Source of the DNA: Octopus vulgaris
Lineage: Eukaryota
Direction: 5' to 3'
Assembly (NCBI GenBank): GCA_951406725.2
Contig: OX597821.1
Coordinates: 87,730,001 to 87,794,000 of the forward strand
DNA length: 64,000 bases
This document shows positions 51,081 through 63,825 of the stretch, piece by piece (the first letter of the stretch is position 1; every line of letters starts with the position of its first letter). The notes beneath the pieces were generated by a model. It searched no databases, was not told where the DNA came from, and saw only the letters and a program-made list of their open reading frames with translations. The position numbers and the translations under genes were made by a program.

Positions 51081-51563
51081 TCCCATTGCGTGACACCTTG
51101 GACAGGTGTCTTCTGCTATAGCCTCGACTCATAACTATAGCCGACTCATAACTTGTGAGTGGATTTAGTAGCCGGAGACTAAAAGAAACCCGCCGTATAT
51201 ATATGGTCGAGCCGAGGCTATAGCAGAAAATACTTTATCTAGGTGACATGCGGTAGGGCTGAACCCGGAACCACGCTTCTTACTACACAGACACAGCTGA
51301 GCCTATATAATAAGGTATCAATTTTAGCGGAAATTTACAAACTTACTACAGAAAAGTGGGCTTGTGTGGTCATTAAAATATTATTTATTTGGGGGAAATA
51401 ATTTGCGTGTAATGCCTTGACAGAGGGTACAAGTTCTAGTTGTACACATATTGGAGAGGGCCTTCAACTTTTCTAGGCCCTGTAAAAGAAGTTGGAAGGT
51501 TGGGCTTCAAACCAGGTCTTTCACGATACCCATAAATCTAGGAACTTTTCAGCGCCCCCTCGA

Positions 51564-51594
<31 letters not shown>

Positions 51595-51775
51595 TGTATG
51601 TATGTATGTATGTATGTATGTATAGGGCAGGCTTCTTTCAATTTCCATCTACCAAATTCTATCACAATGTTTTGCACGGCCAGGGGCTATAGTAGGAAAC
51701 ACTTGAGCAAGGTACCATGCAGTAAGATTGAACCCAAGACAACGTAGTTGCAAGCTTCTAAGAATCGCAGCCACT
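51081..51775. mobile_element. SINE family B head fragments in both orientations
   Basis: 51081-51200 (+), 51205-51305 (-) and 51625-51775 (-). Confidence 0.65.
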
Positions 51776-52919
51776 TCTTTTTGAAAGAATATATATTCTT
51801 TTCTTAGAAATAGCATTATTAATCATATGAATATTGACATAAATTGCTGAAGGAATATACTGCTTACAGCTAAATAATTCAAAGTTCATATTGGTTTTAT
51901 CTCTTGAATTTTTACAATTATACAATGAATTAGTAATATCAACTATCTTCTGTGTTTTCTAATTCTAGTTATTATAAATAAAATGTTATATTATACATAG
52001 AATCTTCTTATCTAATTTAAAATCTGTTTTCATATCACGTAAACCATTAGTATCACACGCTCAAATCCATATGCATTAACCATATCCTATAAACAAATAC
52101 TCAATTCTCACATCTACCGTTCTTATTTCCATATCTCATATCTCATATCCCCTGCCATAAATCATGCATTTAATACAACCATATTCTGGATCTTCATTAT
52201 TTTGCATCGATAATTCTATTCCAACCGTTGCACCTAGCACTTCATAACGTTTATATACACAGATTGTCAATATGCTCGACAAACATCCATTTTTTTTGTC
52301 TACAGTTTGAAAAGCATTACATAGTGAGACCTTGATGTTATTTTCAATAGAAAATATTTTATTCTAGCTTATATATTTTGTACTTTATTTAGTGAATCTG
52401 TCTTGTTTTTGTAAAAATATCTCTATTAATATATATATATATATATGCATTGATGTGAGTGTACGTATACATATGTATCTACGTAATACATACATACATA
52501 CGCACGTATGTACATGCATATATGTGTGTATGTATAGATATAAGCATGCACATTCACAACCAGACACCTACATATTCAGCCTCGTTATTTGGACCGTTGT
52601 ACTTTTCATAGAAGCAGTTTTCTGTGGGTAAAGCCTCCCGGCCTAATGACAGCAGTCTTATATCTAATGTATAATATATATATGTATATACATACACACA
52701 CATATATATACACAATGATATATATAAACGCATAAACATACAAGCACACACACACACATATCAGTTTGTGTGTATGCATCAGTGAGCATGCATTTATGTG
52801 TTTACACATCTGCCTATCTATATACGTACATATATGCATACATATATACATACATGCACACGCACATACACTTGTGTATATGTGTAAGTCTCTCTCTCGC
52901 TCATTCTGTCTTTGTCTGC

Positions 52920-52959
<40 letters not shown>

Positions 52960-53373
52960 GTACATGAATGTGTGCACAAGTGCGTATGTGTGTGTGTGTG
53001 TGTGTATGTGTGTGTGTGTGTGTGTATGTGTGTGTGTGCGTGTGTGTGTGTGTGTGTGCGTGTATTTATGTATATAGGATTTTCATTCACAACGGAGATT
53101 GATTATACGCTATTTTCATATATCAGTGGCAAGAAAATTTCGTTTTGGCAAGCGGTTGGCAGTGAGTACAGTCTATTGATAACGCTCAAAGACGCAGAAA
53201 TGCAAGTAACGCTTTCATTAGTTGCTGGAAGTTTGCTTTTCGTCTGCCTGTGATATATACAGTGCTTTTAACGCTACCTTGTGCCTAAAAAGATTTTATC
53301 TCGGCACGAATACCGCAGTAAGTTTGCCTTTTCGCAGTATATTTTACATTATGTACGATACTGAGATGTACAT

Positions 53374-53409
<36 letters not shown>

Positions 53410-53447
53410 CACAAATACACACACGTGCACACGCTTGCACACGCTTG

Positions 53448-53478
<31 letters not shown>

Positions 53479-53919
53479 ACTCACAAACATTCGTGCACAC
53501 ATACATACGTATATACATACACAAATACACACTATGTACGTGTGTCTGTGTACGTGCGTACGTGCGTGCGTGTTTGTAAGTAAATGTATATACAATTTGT
53601 TCGGGTTAAAATTTCTACAACAGTAATAAAAAACTGATCTCTCGGAGAAAAGTAAGTAGTTACAAAATAATACAACAAATATCAATTAGATAATGGCTAC
53701 ACAAATTAGCCACCCTCAGCTTCCGCCGCGGTCTTAAGACGGCTCCCGAATCTGGCAAATGCGCCTTTCAAGCCAGAAGAGTATGAATGCCACGAATTTG
53801 TCAGTTATTTCTGTTAGCGATCAAGTAGGGACACTCTCTTTTGCCTTCGCTTAGTGTGGCACTATGGTTAAATTTGGCGAGATTTTATATGGTTGGTGTG
53901 TGGTATGGTGTGACAAAAA

Positions 53920-54056
53920 ACCATCCCCTGCCGGAGCCTCGTGGAGCTTTAGGTCTTTTTGCTTAATAAACCCTCACAATGCTCGGTCTGGGTATCGAAA
54001 CCGTGATCGTACGACCACGAGCCCTCTGCCCTAACCACTGGGCCATTGCGCCTCCA
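53920..54056 (-). mobile_element. SINE family C 5' fragment
   Basis: Matches the head of 17171-17310. Confidence 0.85.
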
Positions 54057-54861
54057 TTAAGGAAAAAAAATACATAATCTAAGTATAAAGGTGCTTTTAA
54101 TGGCAGTGTGGTGATTTATTGCGTTTTAGCATATTTCATCACTTTGTTATTTTTGCCGTGTGATGTCGCATTGTAAGGGCGTAAGCTTAATGCGACACAG
54201 GTTATTGTGATGAAGTGTACAACATTATTTTGCTACATGAATATAATATAGGTGTGATGTTTAAGGAAGTGTGCAGAGGATTAGTGTGTGCCTATGCAGA
54301 GCAGAAAAACCACCGTAATACACAGTAGATTCATGTCGAGATTTCCAACACTGGATATACAAAGAAACAATTAATATCCTCAAACAAGCAAAACAACGAA
54401 ACAAAGAAATTATACAAGAAGATATTTGGTGGAACGGAAACTAGTTCAATGCGATGTAAAGCGACGAAAATGCGATGCAAAACGACGCAATACGAAGCAG
54501 TGCAATTGAAAACCGTAGAGTGATTTATTCGTCAGCTTGATTTTCATGGAATTTGCTTAGGGAATATAGCCTAGGGTCGTTGAAATTGGTGATAGAAAAG
54601 AATTCCACATAATAACGCGAATGCTATAACTGTAACCAAAACATTAAGGGAAAAAATAAATATATTGAAAAAAAAAAATCTCCACATTTTACAAATACAG
54701 GGATAGACACATCTATTCACATATTACACTCGCGCACATGCACGAACACACGGAGAAATGAAAAGAGGGAGAAGGAAGATTGTATTAATGAAAGAACGAC
54801 TGAAAGAAGAGAGGGAAAAAAAGGGATTGTATTTAACTTCTCCACTCAACCTATCAAAGAG

Positions 54862-54862
54862 A

Positions 54863-54928
<66 letters not shown>

Positions 54929-55108
54929 GACAACAAAGAGAGCGACAGCAAGAAGGCGAAGAAGAAGGCGAAGAAGAAGAAGAAGAAGAAGAAGAAGAAG
55001 AAGAAGAAGAAGAAGAAGAAGAAGAAGAAGAAGAAGAAGAAGAAGAAGAAGAAGAAGAAGAAGAAGAAGAAGAAGAAGAAGAAGAAGAAGAAGAAGAAGA
55101 AGAAGAAG
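54862..55108. repeat. (AAT)n followed by long (AAG)n microsatellite
   Basis: Directly visible. Confidence 0.98.
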
Positions 55109-55597
55109 CAAATTGCGCGAAGAATCCACTTAGAAATTGGTAATATGATCCTAGCAGCGTGTGAAGAAAATATAGGGATTCCACGGAAGAACAAGCACTA
55201 ACAAAATACCACTTGTTTCTATTGAAAATTACAGAGGCGCTGAAAAGAATTAAACAAGGAAAGCAATTATTTACAACATTAGCTCTTTGATAGCTATCGG
55301 CACCACTGAAACTTCTACCAATACCTCCACCTTCTTCTCTACCACCAACAGTGGTGCTAAACCATCGTATTCATCACCGCCAGAAGCTCTAGCAGCGACA
55401 GAACCTTCGCTGCCTACTGTGTGACGCCAAGAGGAGAGTCTACGAGAGTGCGACACGAACACACAGACCTTGTATTGTAAATCAATGCCACCAAACTCGA
55501 CAAATTGTATCATTTACATTGCTCTATATATCAGTGCTTCTCAACCGGGGTCCATATGATCATTGGGGTTCCGTATAAAATTTTGTTGTTAAAATTT

Positions 55598-55820
55598 GGC
55601 GAGCTGGCAGAAACGTTAGCAGGCCGGGCGAAAAGCGTGGCTGTATTTCGTCTGCCGTTACGTTCTGAGTTCAAATTCCACCGAGGTCGACTTTGCCTTT
55701 CATCTTTTCGGGGTCGATAAATTAAGTACCAGTTACGCACTGGGGTCGATATAATCGACTTAATACTTTGTCCTTGTTTGTCCCCTCTATGTTTAGCCTC
55801 TTGTGGGTAGTAAAGAAATA
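55598..55820 (+). mobile_element. SINE family A inserted into a hAT-like MITE end (55532-55597)
   Basis: Full family A consensus. Confidence 0.88.
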
Positions 55821-55961
55821 TAAAATTTGTGGGCAATAAATTATTGTTGTATATCGGGATGGTCATTTGTTTTTTGCCAAATAAACACACGCACTATATC
55901 TTTGTTCTTCACTCGTTTATTACGGTTCTTTTTTTTTAAATTAATTTTAACCCGTGTCCAT

Positions 55962-56007
55962 TGTCCGGAAATCTTTCGTCACACATCTGTGACCTCTTCA
56001 GCGACAC
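55962..56007 (-). ncRNA. Minimal type I hammerhead, canonical core
   Basis: Minus strand: GTGTCG-CTGAAGA-G-GTCAC-AGATGT-GTGAC-GAAA-GATT-TC-CGGACA. Same extra G and GTC.C/G.GAC stem II as the 26.8 kb motif. Confidence 0.65.
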
Positions 56008-56856
56008 TTTTCGCTTACATGTGTGCTCTTGCTACCCTTACTCCATTCTACTCTTCTATGATATTATCCATATGAACGCATACGTTTGCGTCCCTGTTTA
56101 TATGTGAGTGTGCATGTGTGTGTGTATGCTTGTGTGTCTTCGCTTATTTGCGTACAGCTTTCAGCGAGTGGTTTACCAGCCACGTGGACTATCGAAGCCG
56201 TCCGTTTTCTAGTATTCCTTTCGTTTTTAAGATGAAGCATAGCACTAAAGTTCTGCATCTAATATAAATTCATTCTTCAGCAGTTTCAGATATTCACTTC
56301 AAAAAAACTTAGGAACTCATGACCACATATTGAAATACTGAGACCCAAGAAAGCGAATTAACCACTTAAAAATTGATGTACGATAGAAAATATATCAAAA
56401 CAGATCTCTGGTTGGAAAGAATTGCAGACAGCTGAAGCAAATATTGGCAAGATATTTGTGAGATGATCCACCTTACAATGCATACGATAAAGCTATTATT
56501 CAAATGTGAATCAAATGTTCAATGTAAACTATTTGTTTTATTACCCATCTGATTGTTGCCAGTGTCATAACGTTGTCTCCACTGCTACAGCTGACAATGT
56601 ATCAATGATTGATTGCGGGATCGAATGACTGAAGCCAAGTGTTATTCTGTAACTAATGCACATCGAACACAGAGATTCAGAGAGAGACATAGACATACAT
56701 CCATCAAAATGCACATAAACATGCGCACATATAGCTTTTATTTTCGGGGAATTCGCTTTTACTTTGGAGATATAACATTTTTCTTTCTCTCCCTAAAATA
56801 TATTTCTGATTCTCTCTTTCTCTCGTTCGCTGAGTGTGTATGTATGTATGGATAAA

Positions 56857-57443
56857 CACCACCAGCACCAGCACCACCACAACCACCACCAGCACAAGCA
56901 CCACCAACACCACTACCAGCACCACTAGCACCAGGACCAGCACCAGCACCAGGACCAGCACCAGCACCAGCACCACCAGCACCATCACCATCACCAGCAC
57001 CACCACCAGCACCACCACCACCACCACCAACACCACCACCACCACCACCACCACGGCCACCACCACGGCCACCACCACTAACATCACCACCACCATCACC
57101 ACCACCACCACCACCACCACCACCACCACCAGCACCAGCACCACCACCATCACCATCACCATCACCACCACCATCACCACCACCACCGGCACCAGCACCA
57201 CCAACACCACTACCACCAGCAACAGCACCACCACCACCACCAGCACCAGCACCACCACCATCACCATCACCATCACCACCACCATCACCACCACCACCGG
57301 CACCAGCACCACCAACACCACTACCACCAGCAACAGCACCACCACCACCACCAGCACCACCACCACCACCACTACCACCACCACCACCACTACCACCACC
57401 ACCACCACTACCACCACCACCACCACCATCACCACCAACACCA
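56857..57443. repeat. (ACC)n-based low-complexity tract with an internal 111-bp duplication
   Basis: The variant pattern containing ACCGGC recurs at 57185 and 57296. Confidence 0.92.
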
Positions 57444-57612
57444 CGATTGGTTTCGTACTAAAATTGTTTATTCTGCCTTTTATGCATTGCATTGTTCGGT
57501 GATTCAGAATCTACCATATTTTAAAGTGTTGCGTGCCCTGCTACGGACATCCAGGCATTTATATGCATGTCAACAAACGCACAGCCCGAAATGTGTGTGT
57601 ATGTATGTTTGC

Positions 57613-57679
<67 letters not shown>

Positions 57680-57689
57680 AAAAATATAT

Positions 57690-57991
57690 AAAATGGGACA
57701 AGAACGCAAAATATTCAAATAGACGATACGAAAAACACGGACAGGACATTCGAAGCCTTCAATCTTCAGTCAAGAACCGGATCATCCTCGCAATTTCGGC
57801 TGATTAATCTTGAGATCGCTCCGATCCGGCCAGCCCCAAGCAAAAACTAAGCTACGAGCATTAGATTTCTTGGAAAAAGGATCGAATGTATACGAAACAA
57901 GGACAGAAAAACGGACGATTTTACACGAAAATAAATACAAAAAACAAAAAGTAATACGAATATAAATACAAAAAAATGAAAAAGAATAATA

Positions 57992-58061
<70 letters not shown>

Positions 58062-58220
58062 CAGGACAAAGACAACAGGTGTCTTGCGACTTTAGACAAT
58101 TCAAATTAGCTGGTGTGTGGGAAAAATAATGCCTTACGGCAGACGAAGGGATCGTTGTTGTTCTGGCGCTGGTCAGAAGCCGAAAGGCTGTAGTTGATCG
58201 GCGGTCACGTGAGAAGAGAA
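57690..58220 (-). mobile_element. Family X element with internal (AAT)n, abutting (TA)n
   Basis: Colinear with 10590-11047: CACGTGACC, two GNRA hairpins, then the hammerhead-like module. Confidence 0.8.
57754..57835 (-). ncRNA. Permuted hammerhead-like motif with kink-turn, family X, best-preserved copy
   Basis: Minus strand: GGCTG-G-CCGGATC-G-GA-GCGAT-C-TCAAGA-TTAAT-CAGCC-GAAA-TTGC-GAG-GA-T-GATCCGG-T-TCTTGA-CTGAAGA-TTGAA-GGCT. All four helices pair fully. Confidence 0.72.
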
Positions 58221-58247
58221 GACACACACACACACACACACACACAT

Positions 58248-58548
58248 GACTGGTATTCTTTCGGTCACGACGACGACAGTTCCAGTCGATGTGGTCGACA
58301 GAACAGTCTCCTCGTGTTACACGCCACAGATACAAGTACCTTCAACGTAGTTCTTAAGGAGATTCAGTGTAACACACAATGTGACAGAGCTGAACCCTTC
58401 AATTACAGGAACAATTCAATTTCTGCAGCTGAGTTTACTGGTGCAACGTGCAACAAAGTGTCTTGCTCAAAGGCACAATGCGCCGCCGGAAATCGAACCA
58501 TGCGACCATGAACTAAACACTCTAAAAACTAAGGTACGCACCTTCACA
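58248..58548 (-). mobile_element. Old mosaic SINE with a D-like head and C-like 3' half
   Basis: Minus strand starts TGTGAAGGTGCG and contains CTTTGAGCAAGACAC. The 3' half matches the family C GAACTACGTT...GTCGTCGTGACCGA. Confidence 0.6.
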
Positions 58549-58585
58549 GATATTTATATATACTTCATTTATAGCTACATATATA

Positions 58586-58736
58586 GGCATAGGAGTGACT
58601 GCCTGGTAAGTAGCTTACCATATAGTTCCGGGTTCAGTCTTCTACTATAGCCTCGGGAGTCTTCTACTATACCCTCGGGCCGACCAAACTCTTGTTAGTG
58701 GATTTGGTAGACGGAAACTGAAAGAAGCCCGTAGTA

Positions 58737-58783
<47 letters not shown>

Positions 58784-58998
58784 TTGTGTATCTGTGTTTG
58801 TCCCCCCAACATCGCTTGACAACCGATGCTGGTGTGTTTACGTCTCCGTAACTTAGCGGTTCGGCAAAAGAGACCGATAGAATAAGTACTAAGCTTACAA
58901 AAATAAATCCTGGGGTCGATTTGCTCGACTAAAGGCGGTGCCCCAGCATGGCCACAGTCAAATAACTGAAACAAGTAAAAGAGTAAAGACTAAAGAGT
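58586..58998 (+). mobile_element. SINE family B with a small internal duplication/deletion
   Basis: GTCTTCTACTATA.CCTCGGG is duplicated; the rest is colinear with family B. Confidence 0.88.
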
Positions 58999-59125
58999 AT
59001 ATGCACGGACCATATAACATACATAAGCATGCGCACAATACGATTTTATTTGAGTAATTGATGTTTCTTCATTCACACCACTTTCTTCCTCTGTCTCGGT
59101 CTGTCTGTTTGTGTCCCCATCTGTC

Positions 59126-59210
<85 letters not shown>

Positions 59211-59516
59211 GTCTCTCTCTCTCTCTCTCCAGACACACTTATATTTCGAGTTGCTCCTATCTGTCTTGAAAATGCATGTGAAAACACGAATATCCCTTGA
59301 ATAAAACTAATCTTGATGATGTTGTTGGTGTTATTGCGTAGACTAGTTGGCTGTGATACAGTTGTCTTATGAGCAAATTCCATCTACCCTTGACTGTTCT
59401 GTAGAATGGTCATAGCATATTGATTTCTGTGATGGAATATATTCATGAGAGCAGGGTGAAGTTGGAGCATGTTCCAATATATTATACCTAGTGTGATCAT
59501 TACTAAAATGGCTGCA

Positions 59517-59735
59517 AGGTTGCGAGCTGGTAGAATCTTTTGCACGACGGGCAAAGTGCTTAGCTTCATTTTGTCCCTCTTTTACGTTCTGAGTTGAAGT
59601 TCCGCTGAGGTCGACTTTGCCTTTCATTGTTTCATGGTCGATAAAATAAGTACCAGTCGTGTACTGGGGTCAATGTAATCGAATTAACCCCGCCCCTGAA
59701 ATTGTCGACCATGTGCCAAAATTTGAAACCATTAT
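59517..59735 (+). mobile_element. Diverged SINE family A
   Basis: GCGAGCTGGTAGAATC...GTCGACTTTGCCTTTCAT. Confidence 0.8.
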
Positions 59736-61323
59736 TACGATGGCTGCATAAACAAAGTCTGTGTCTTCGGATTTTGTTGTATTCTATATTCTAAAAATTA
59801 GCAACAGTCTCGTTTTCCAAGATTTCCTATAATTGCTTTAGCATATGCAGAAATTATAACATAATTCTTTCCATGTTGAAATATATTAAGAAATAGTAAG
59901 AGGAGTTATTAGTGACAATCATGTAGTAGCCTTTGTAATGTAACCCAAAATGGTTAGATATTAAATTAATTTTTGAAAGTGCTTATTGTAGTGAAATACT
60001 ATTGTCCGTGATATTTTCATCTTGAAAAGATCTGTACGTTTTTGTTACAGGAAGTGACTGCTTGCGAATGAATTATATCAGATAACTCTAAGTATATTTC
60101 AGTTTTATTCTGTGCTCCTTTTCGCAATATTGCTTTCACTCTGGTGTCGTATCAATAATGAAGTAATCACCAAATGATTATACAAGATGGTTGGTTTAAG
60201 AAAATAGAATTATGGCAGAAATTAATTCAGGTCATGATCTGAATTATTGGTTGTCAAATATAGATATACATCAACATTTATATCTCAGTAAAACTATACG
60301 AATGTACCTGGAATATGCAGGCGGAAGCGACGCTAATTCTTACCACTTGTAACAATTCATATACTTTCATTTTGAAAGCCTGCAATCTGGGATAATCGTC
60401 TTGAAGAGCATTTAAAAAAAAACATTTGTTTATATTCTTCCTGTTTTAGCCTTATATTGAGAAACTACGTTTGACGTGTAACTTAGGGAATTATGTGACT
60501 ATTTGACCACCAAGAAAAAAGAGCTAACCCTCTTCGAATCATATATCGTCTTCTATGAAGCAAAATTGATTAGTTGAATACTTTAGTCTTAGATATACAA
60601 TGTCTATAAAAACAAAACAAAACAAAAACAAACTGGATGGTCATAAATAAAACATCTTTCATCATAGGTCAATTCGATCAGATCTGCCGAGTGCTCATGC
60701 AACAAGGACACAGACGGTAACAGCAAATTTATATAAGATACAGTAAATTCAATGACGCTTAATCCTTCGCTATTTTTAATAATAGAAATACTCACTCTCA
60801 CACAAGCGCATTTAGGTTCATACACGCAATCAAAAACTCATTACACACACAGACGCTTTCCCTCATACACACTCATTTATAGTTATTTTCCGAGTAAATC
60901 AGCCTGCAACAATTCATTCTTTACTGGAGTACCTCTCCACCACCTTATTCCTATTCTACGTTGCCATCAACTTCACCTTAAGAGAATGATCTAGTCTTCC
61001 ACAAACTACCCACGCACAGAGCAACCATCTCCTCCTTCTCACACACACACATGCACACCGCCACCAACCAGCTCTCAGCTCACGCTCAAGGCCACAGATT
61101 TCCTACATCAAACCCATCTCTTTATATATGTCCCCCAAGAGACTGCAAAATAACGGTAACAACAGCAACAGGCACAACAAAAACAGACACAAACATCATC
61201 AACAAGAGAAACAACAACAAAATCAGCCAAACTTTAATCTGTATCAGGTTAGAGCAAGAGTTTCAAGTTTCAATTCCCTGCAGGGAATTAAGAACAGCAG
61301 AAGAGGTTGTGATAGTAGGGAAG

Positions 61324-61383
<60 letters not shown>

Positions 61384-61665
61384 TCTCTCTCTGTCTCTGT
61401 CTCTCTGTCTCTCTCTCTCTCCGTCTCCCTTCTCTCTCTGTCTCTTTCTCTGTCTCTCTCTGTCTCTTTCTCTGTCTCTTTCTCTGTCTCTCTCTGTCTC
61501 TCTGTCTCTCTGTCTCTCTCTCTCTCTGTGAGGGTAAGTTAGTGGGTTTGTGAGGTGGTAAGTAAAATTGAATGAGGAAGATGAGTTCTAAAAAAACAAA
61601 AAGAAGCGTGGGAGTACCTGAAATGGAGAAGGAGTATGATGAGAGAAAGACAGGGAGAGAGAGAG

Positions 61666-61704
<39 letters not shown>

Positions 61705-62095
61705 GAGAATATGTGTGTGTGCTTGTGTGTGATAGATGATGAAATATTTGAGATAAAATGAAAGAAATAGACAATCAAAGAAAGTGAAAAGAAAAGAAAC
61801 AGAGAGAGAAAGAAAACAATAGAAAATAAATAAATGAAGAAAATATAATTGAAAAAAAAACACAAAAAGACAAAAGCAAATGATGAAGTGAGAAGGAAGG
61901 AGGGAGGTTGGAACTGCAGAAAAGAACAAAGAACGGAAAGAAAAAAGACAGAGAAGAGGGAAAAGTGAAAACGAAAGTAATAATACTGAGAGTAAGAGAA
62001 TGATAATGATAGAAAGGGGTCGGGAGAAAGAGAAAGTGGGAATGGGTATATGTGCGCGCGCGCGAGTATGTGTGTGTGTGCATGAGAGAGAGAGG

Positions 62096-62133
<38 letters not shown>

Positions 62134-62202
62134 AACAGAAACGGAGATAGAGCTGTTTGTGTGAGTGCGTGCGTATATTTTGGATATATATACATATGTT
62201 AA

Positions 62203-62440
62203 TCTATATATATAAAACTGAGAATGTGTATCTGTCTGTCTGTCTGTGTGAATCCCTAAAACTTGAGAACTACACAAACAATTTCATTCAAATTTTACAC
62301 ATGCCTTACTTAGGGTCCAAAGAGTGTCATGGGCAAAAACAATATTATAATTTTGCCTAGGGCGAGCCCATAGCAATATCACATCTCCACTATTTCAGTA
62401 TTACGTGTAAAAAGTGAAACAAAAGCATCTCTCTATTGTA
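62203..62440 (+). mobile_element. 5' fragment of a Helitron-like element
   Basis: A|TCTATATATATAAAA followed by (TGTC)n, the same 5' architecture as 22358 and 450(-). No 3' end seen. Confidence 0.5.
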
Positions 62441-62458
62441 GGTTCTCTTTGGTTTGTC

Positions 62459-62490
<32 letters not shown>

Positions 62491-62908
62491 CTCTTTTACT
62501 CTTTTACTCTTTTACTTGTTTCAGTCATTTGACTGCGGCCATGCTGGAGCACCACCTTTAATCGAGCAACTCGACCCCGGGACTTATTCTTTGTAAGCCC
62601 AGTACTTATTCTATCGGTCTCATTTTGCCGAACCGCTAAGTTACGGGGACGTAAACACACCAGCATCGGTTGTCAAGCAATGCTAGGGGAACAAGCACAC
62701 ACACACAAACATACATGCACACACACACATATATATATACATATATACGACGGGCTTCTTTCAGTTTCCGTCTACCAAATCCACTCACAAGGCTTTGGTC
62801 GACCCGAGGTTATAGCAGAAGACATTTGCCCAAGGTGCCACGCAGTGGGACTGAACCCGGAACCATGTGGTTGGTTAGCAAGCTACTTACCACACAGCCA
62901 CTCCTGCG

Positions 62909-62911
<3 letters not shown>
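62491..62911 (-). mobile_element. SINE family B, full length, inside (TA)n
   Basis: Near-identical to 18206-18622. Confidence 0.92.
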
Positions 62912-62968
<57 letters not shown>

Positions 62969-63038
62969 ATCTCTTAAGCACCACCAGCTCAAATATTGTC
63001 TCCTCTACCTTCCCTCCTTGGGATCTTTCCTTCTCCTT

Positions 63039-63073
63039 GTTTCCGACGAAGAGCTCCGCTCGAAACGTTAAAC
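63039..63073 (+). ncRNA. Minimal type I hammerhead with C4 variant core, family W element 62966-63180, (TA)n on both sides
   Basis: GTTT-CCGACGA-A-GAGC-TCC-GCTC-GAAA-CG-TT-AAAC. Palindromic stem III ACGT. Confidence 0.7.
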
Positions 63074-63175
63074 CCTCCTTCCCTTCTTTCCTGAGCGTCA
63101 ATAATACTTTAATTGTTCCACGTCCTGCGTTGCTGTGTTCTTTTTCTCTTTTTTTCTGTGTTTTCTTGTTTGGAT

Positions 63176-63252
<77 letters not shown>

Positions 63253-63538
63253 TATATACATATATACATATATACATACATATATAATACACACCACACA
63301 CACATAAACTTAAATTGTAAGTCAAGAAACAAAGGTTGCTTTAGGAGCGTTGAGATTTATTGAAAGATGTAGGTAAGGAAATAATTTTATTCTTAAACGC
63401 AGGATAATGCTAATAATATAACATGAACAGAATAAACTATCCATATTTTGCAGAAAAATCTGTCGCCAGCCAGCCATGAGACTTATCTGTATCTTTATAT
63501 ATATTTTAGATTATCGTTTCAATGGAAAGAAAATGTGA

Positions 63539-63572
63539 CTTAACGTTTCGGACGAGAGTCTTTCATCAGAAG
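63539..63572 (-). ncRNA. Minimal type I hammerhead, canonical core
   Basis: Minus strand: CTT-CTGATGA-A-AGAC-TCTC-GTCC-GAAA-CG-TT-AAG. Confidence 0.65.
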
Positions 63573-63784
63573 ATGAGGGAAAAATATCAAGAAGCATAGG
63601 GAAAGGGACAAAGAGAGATAGTTACTGCATAAAATAAGCAGAATAGACACGAGCCAAAAGCAAAAGCTTAGAAACCAGGTGGGAATACTGTCTTTTATGG
63701 ATAGGGGTAAAATGTGAAGAAGTAAACTGTGTGTTGGTGCATGTATCAGAATTCATCTATCGCTGGAAGGAAGAATGACCAAAA

Positions 63785-63825
<41 letters not shown>

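Noticed and set aside
54724-55201. Poly-Asn/poly-Lys ORF
   Set aside because: It is (AAT)n and (AAG)n microsatellite read-through.
56704-57502. Mucin-like Thr-rich ORF
   Set aside because: It is an (ACC)n low-complexity tract open on both strands, with no supporting gene structure.
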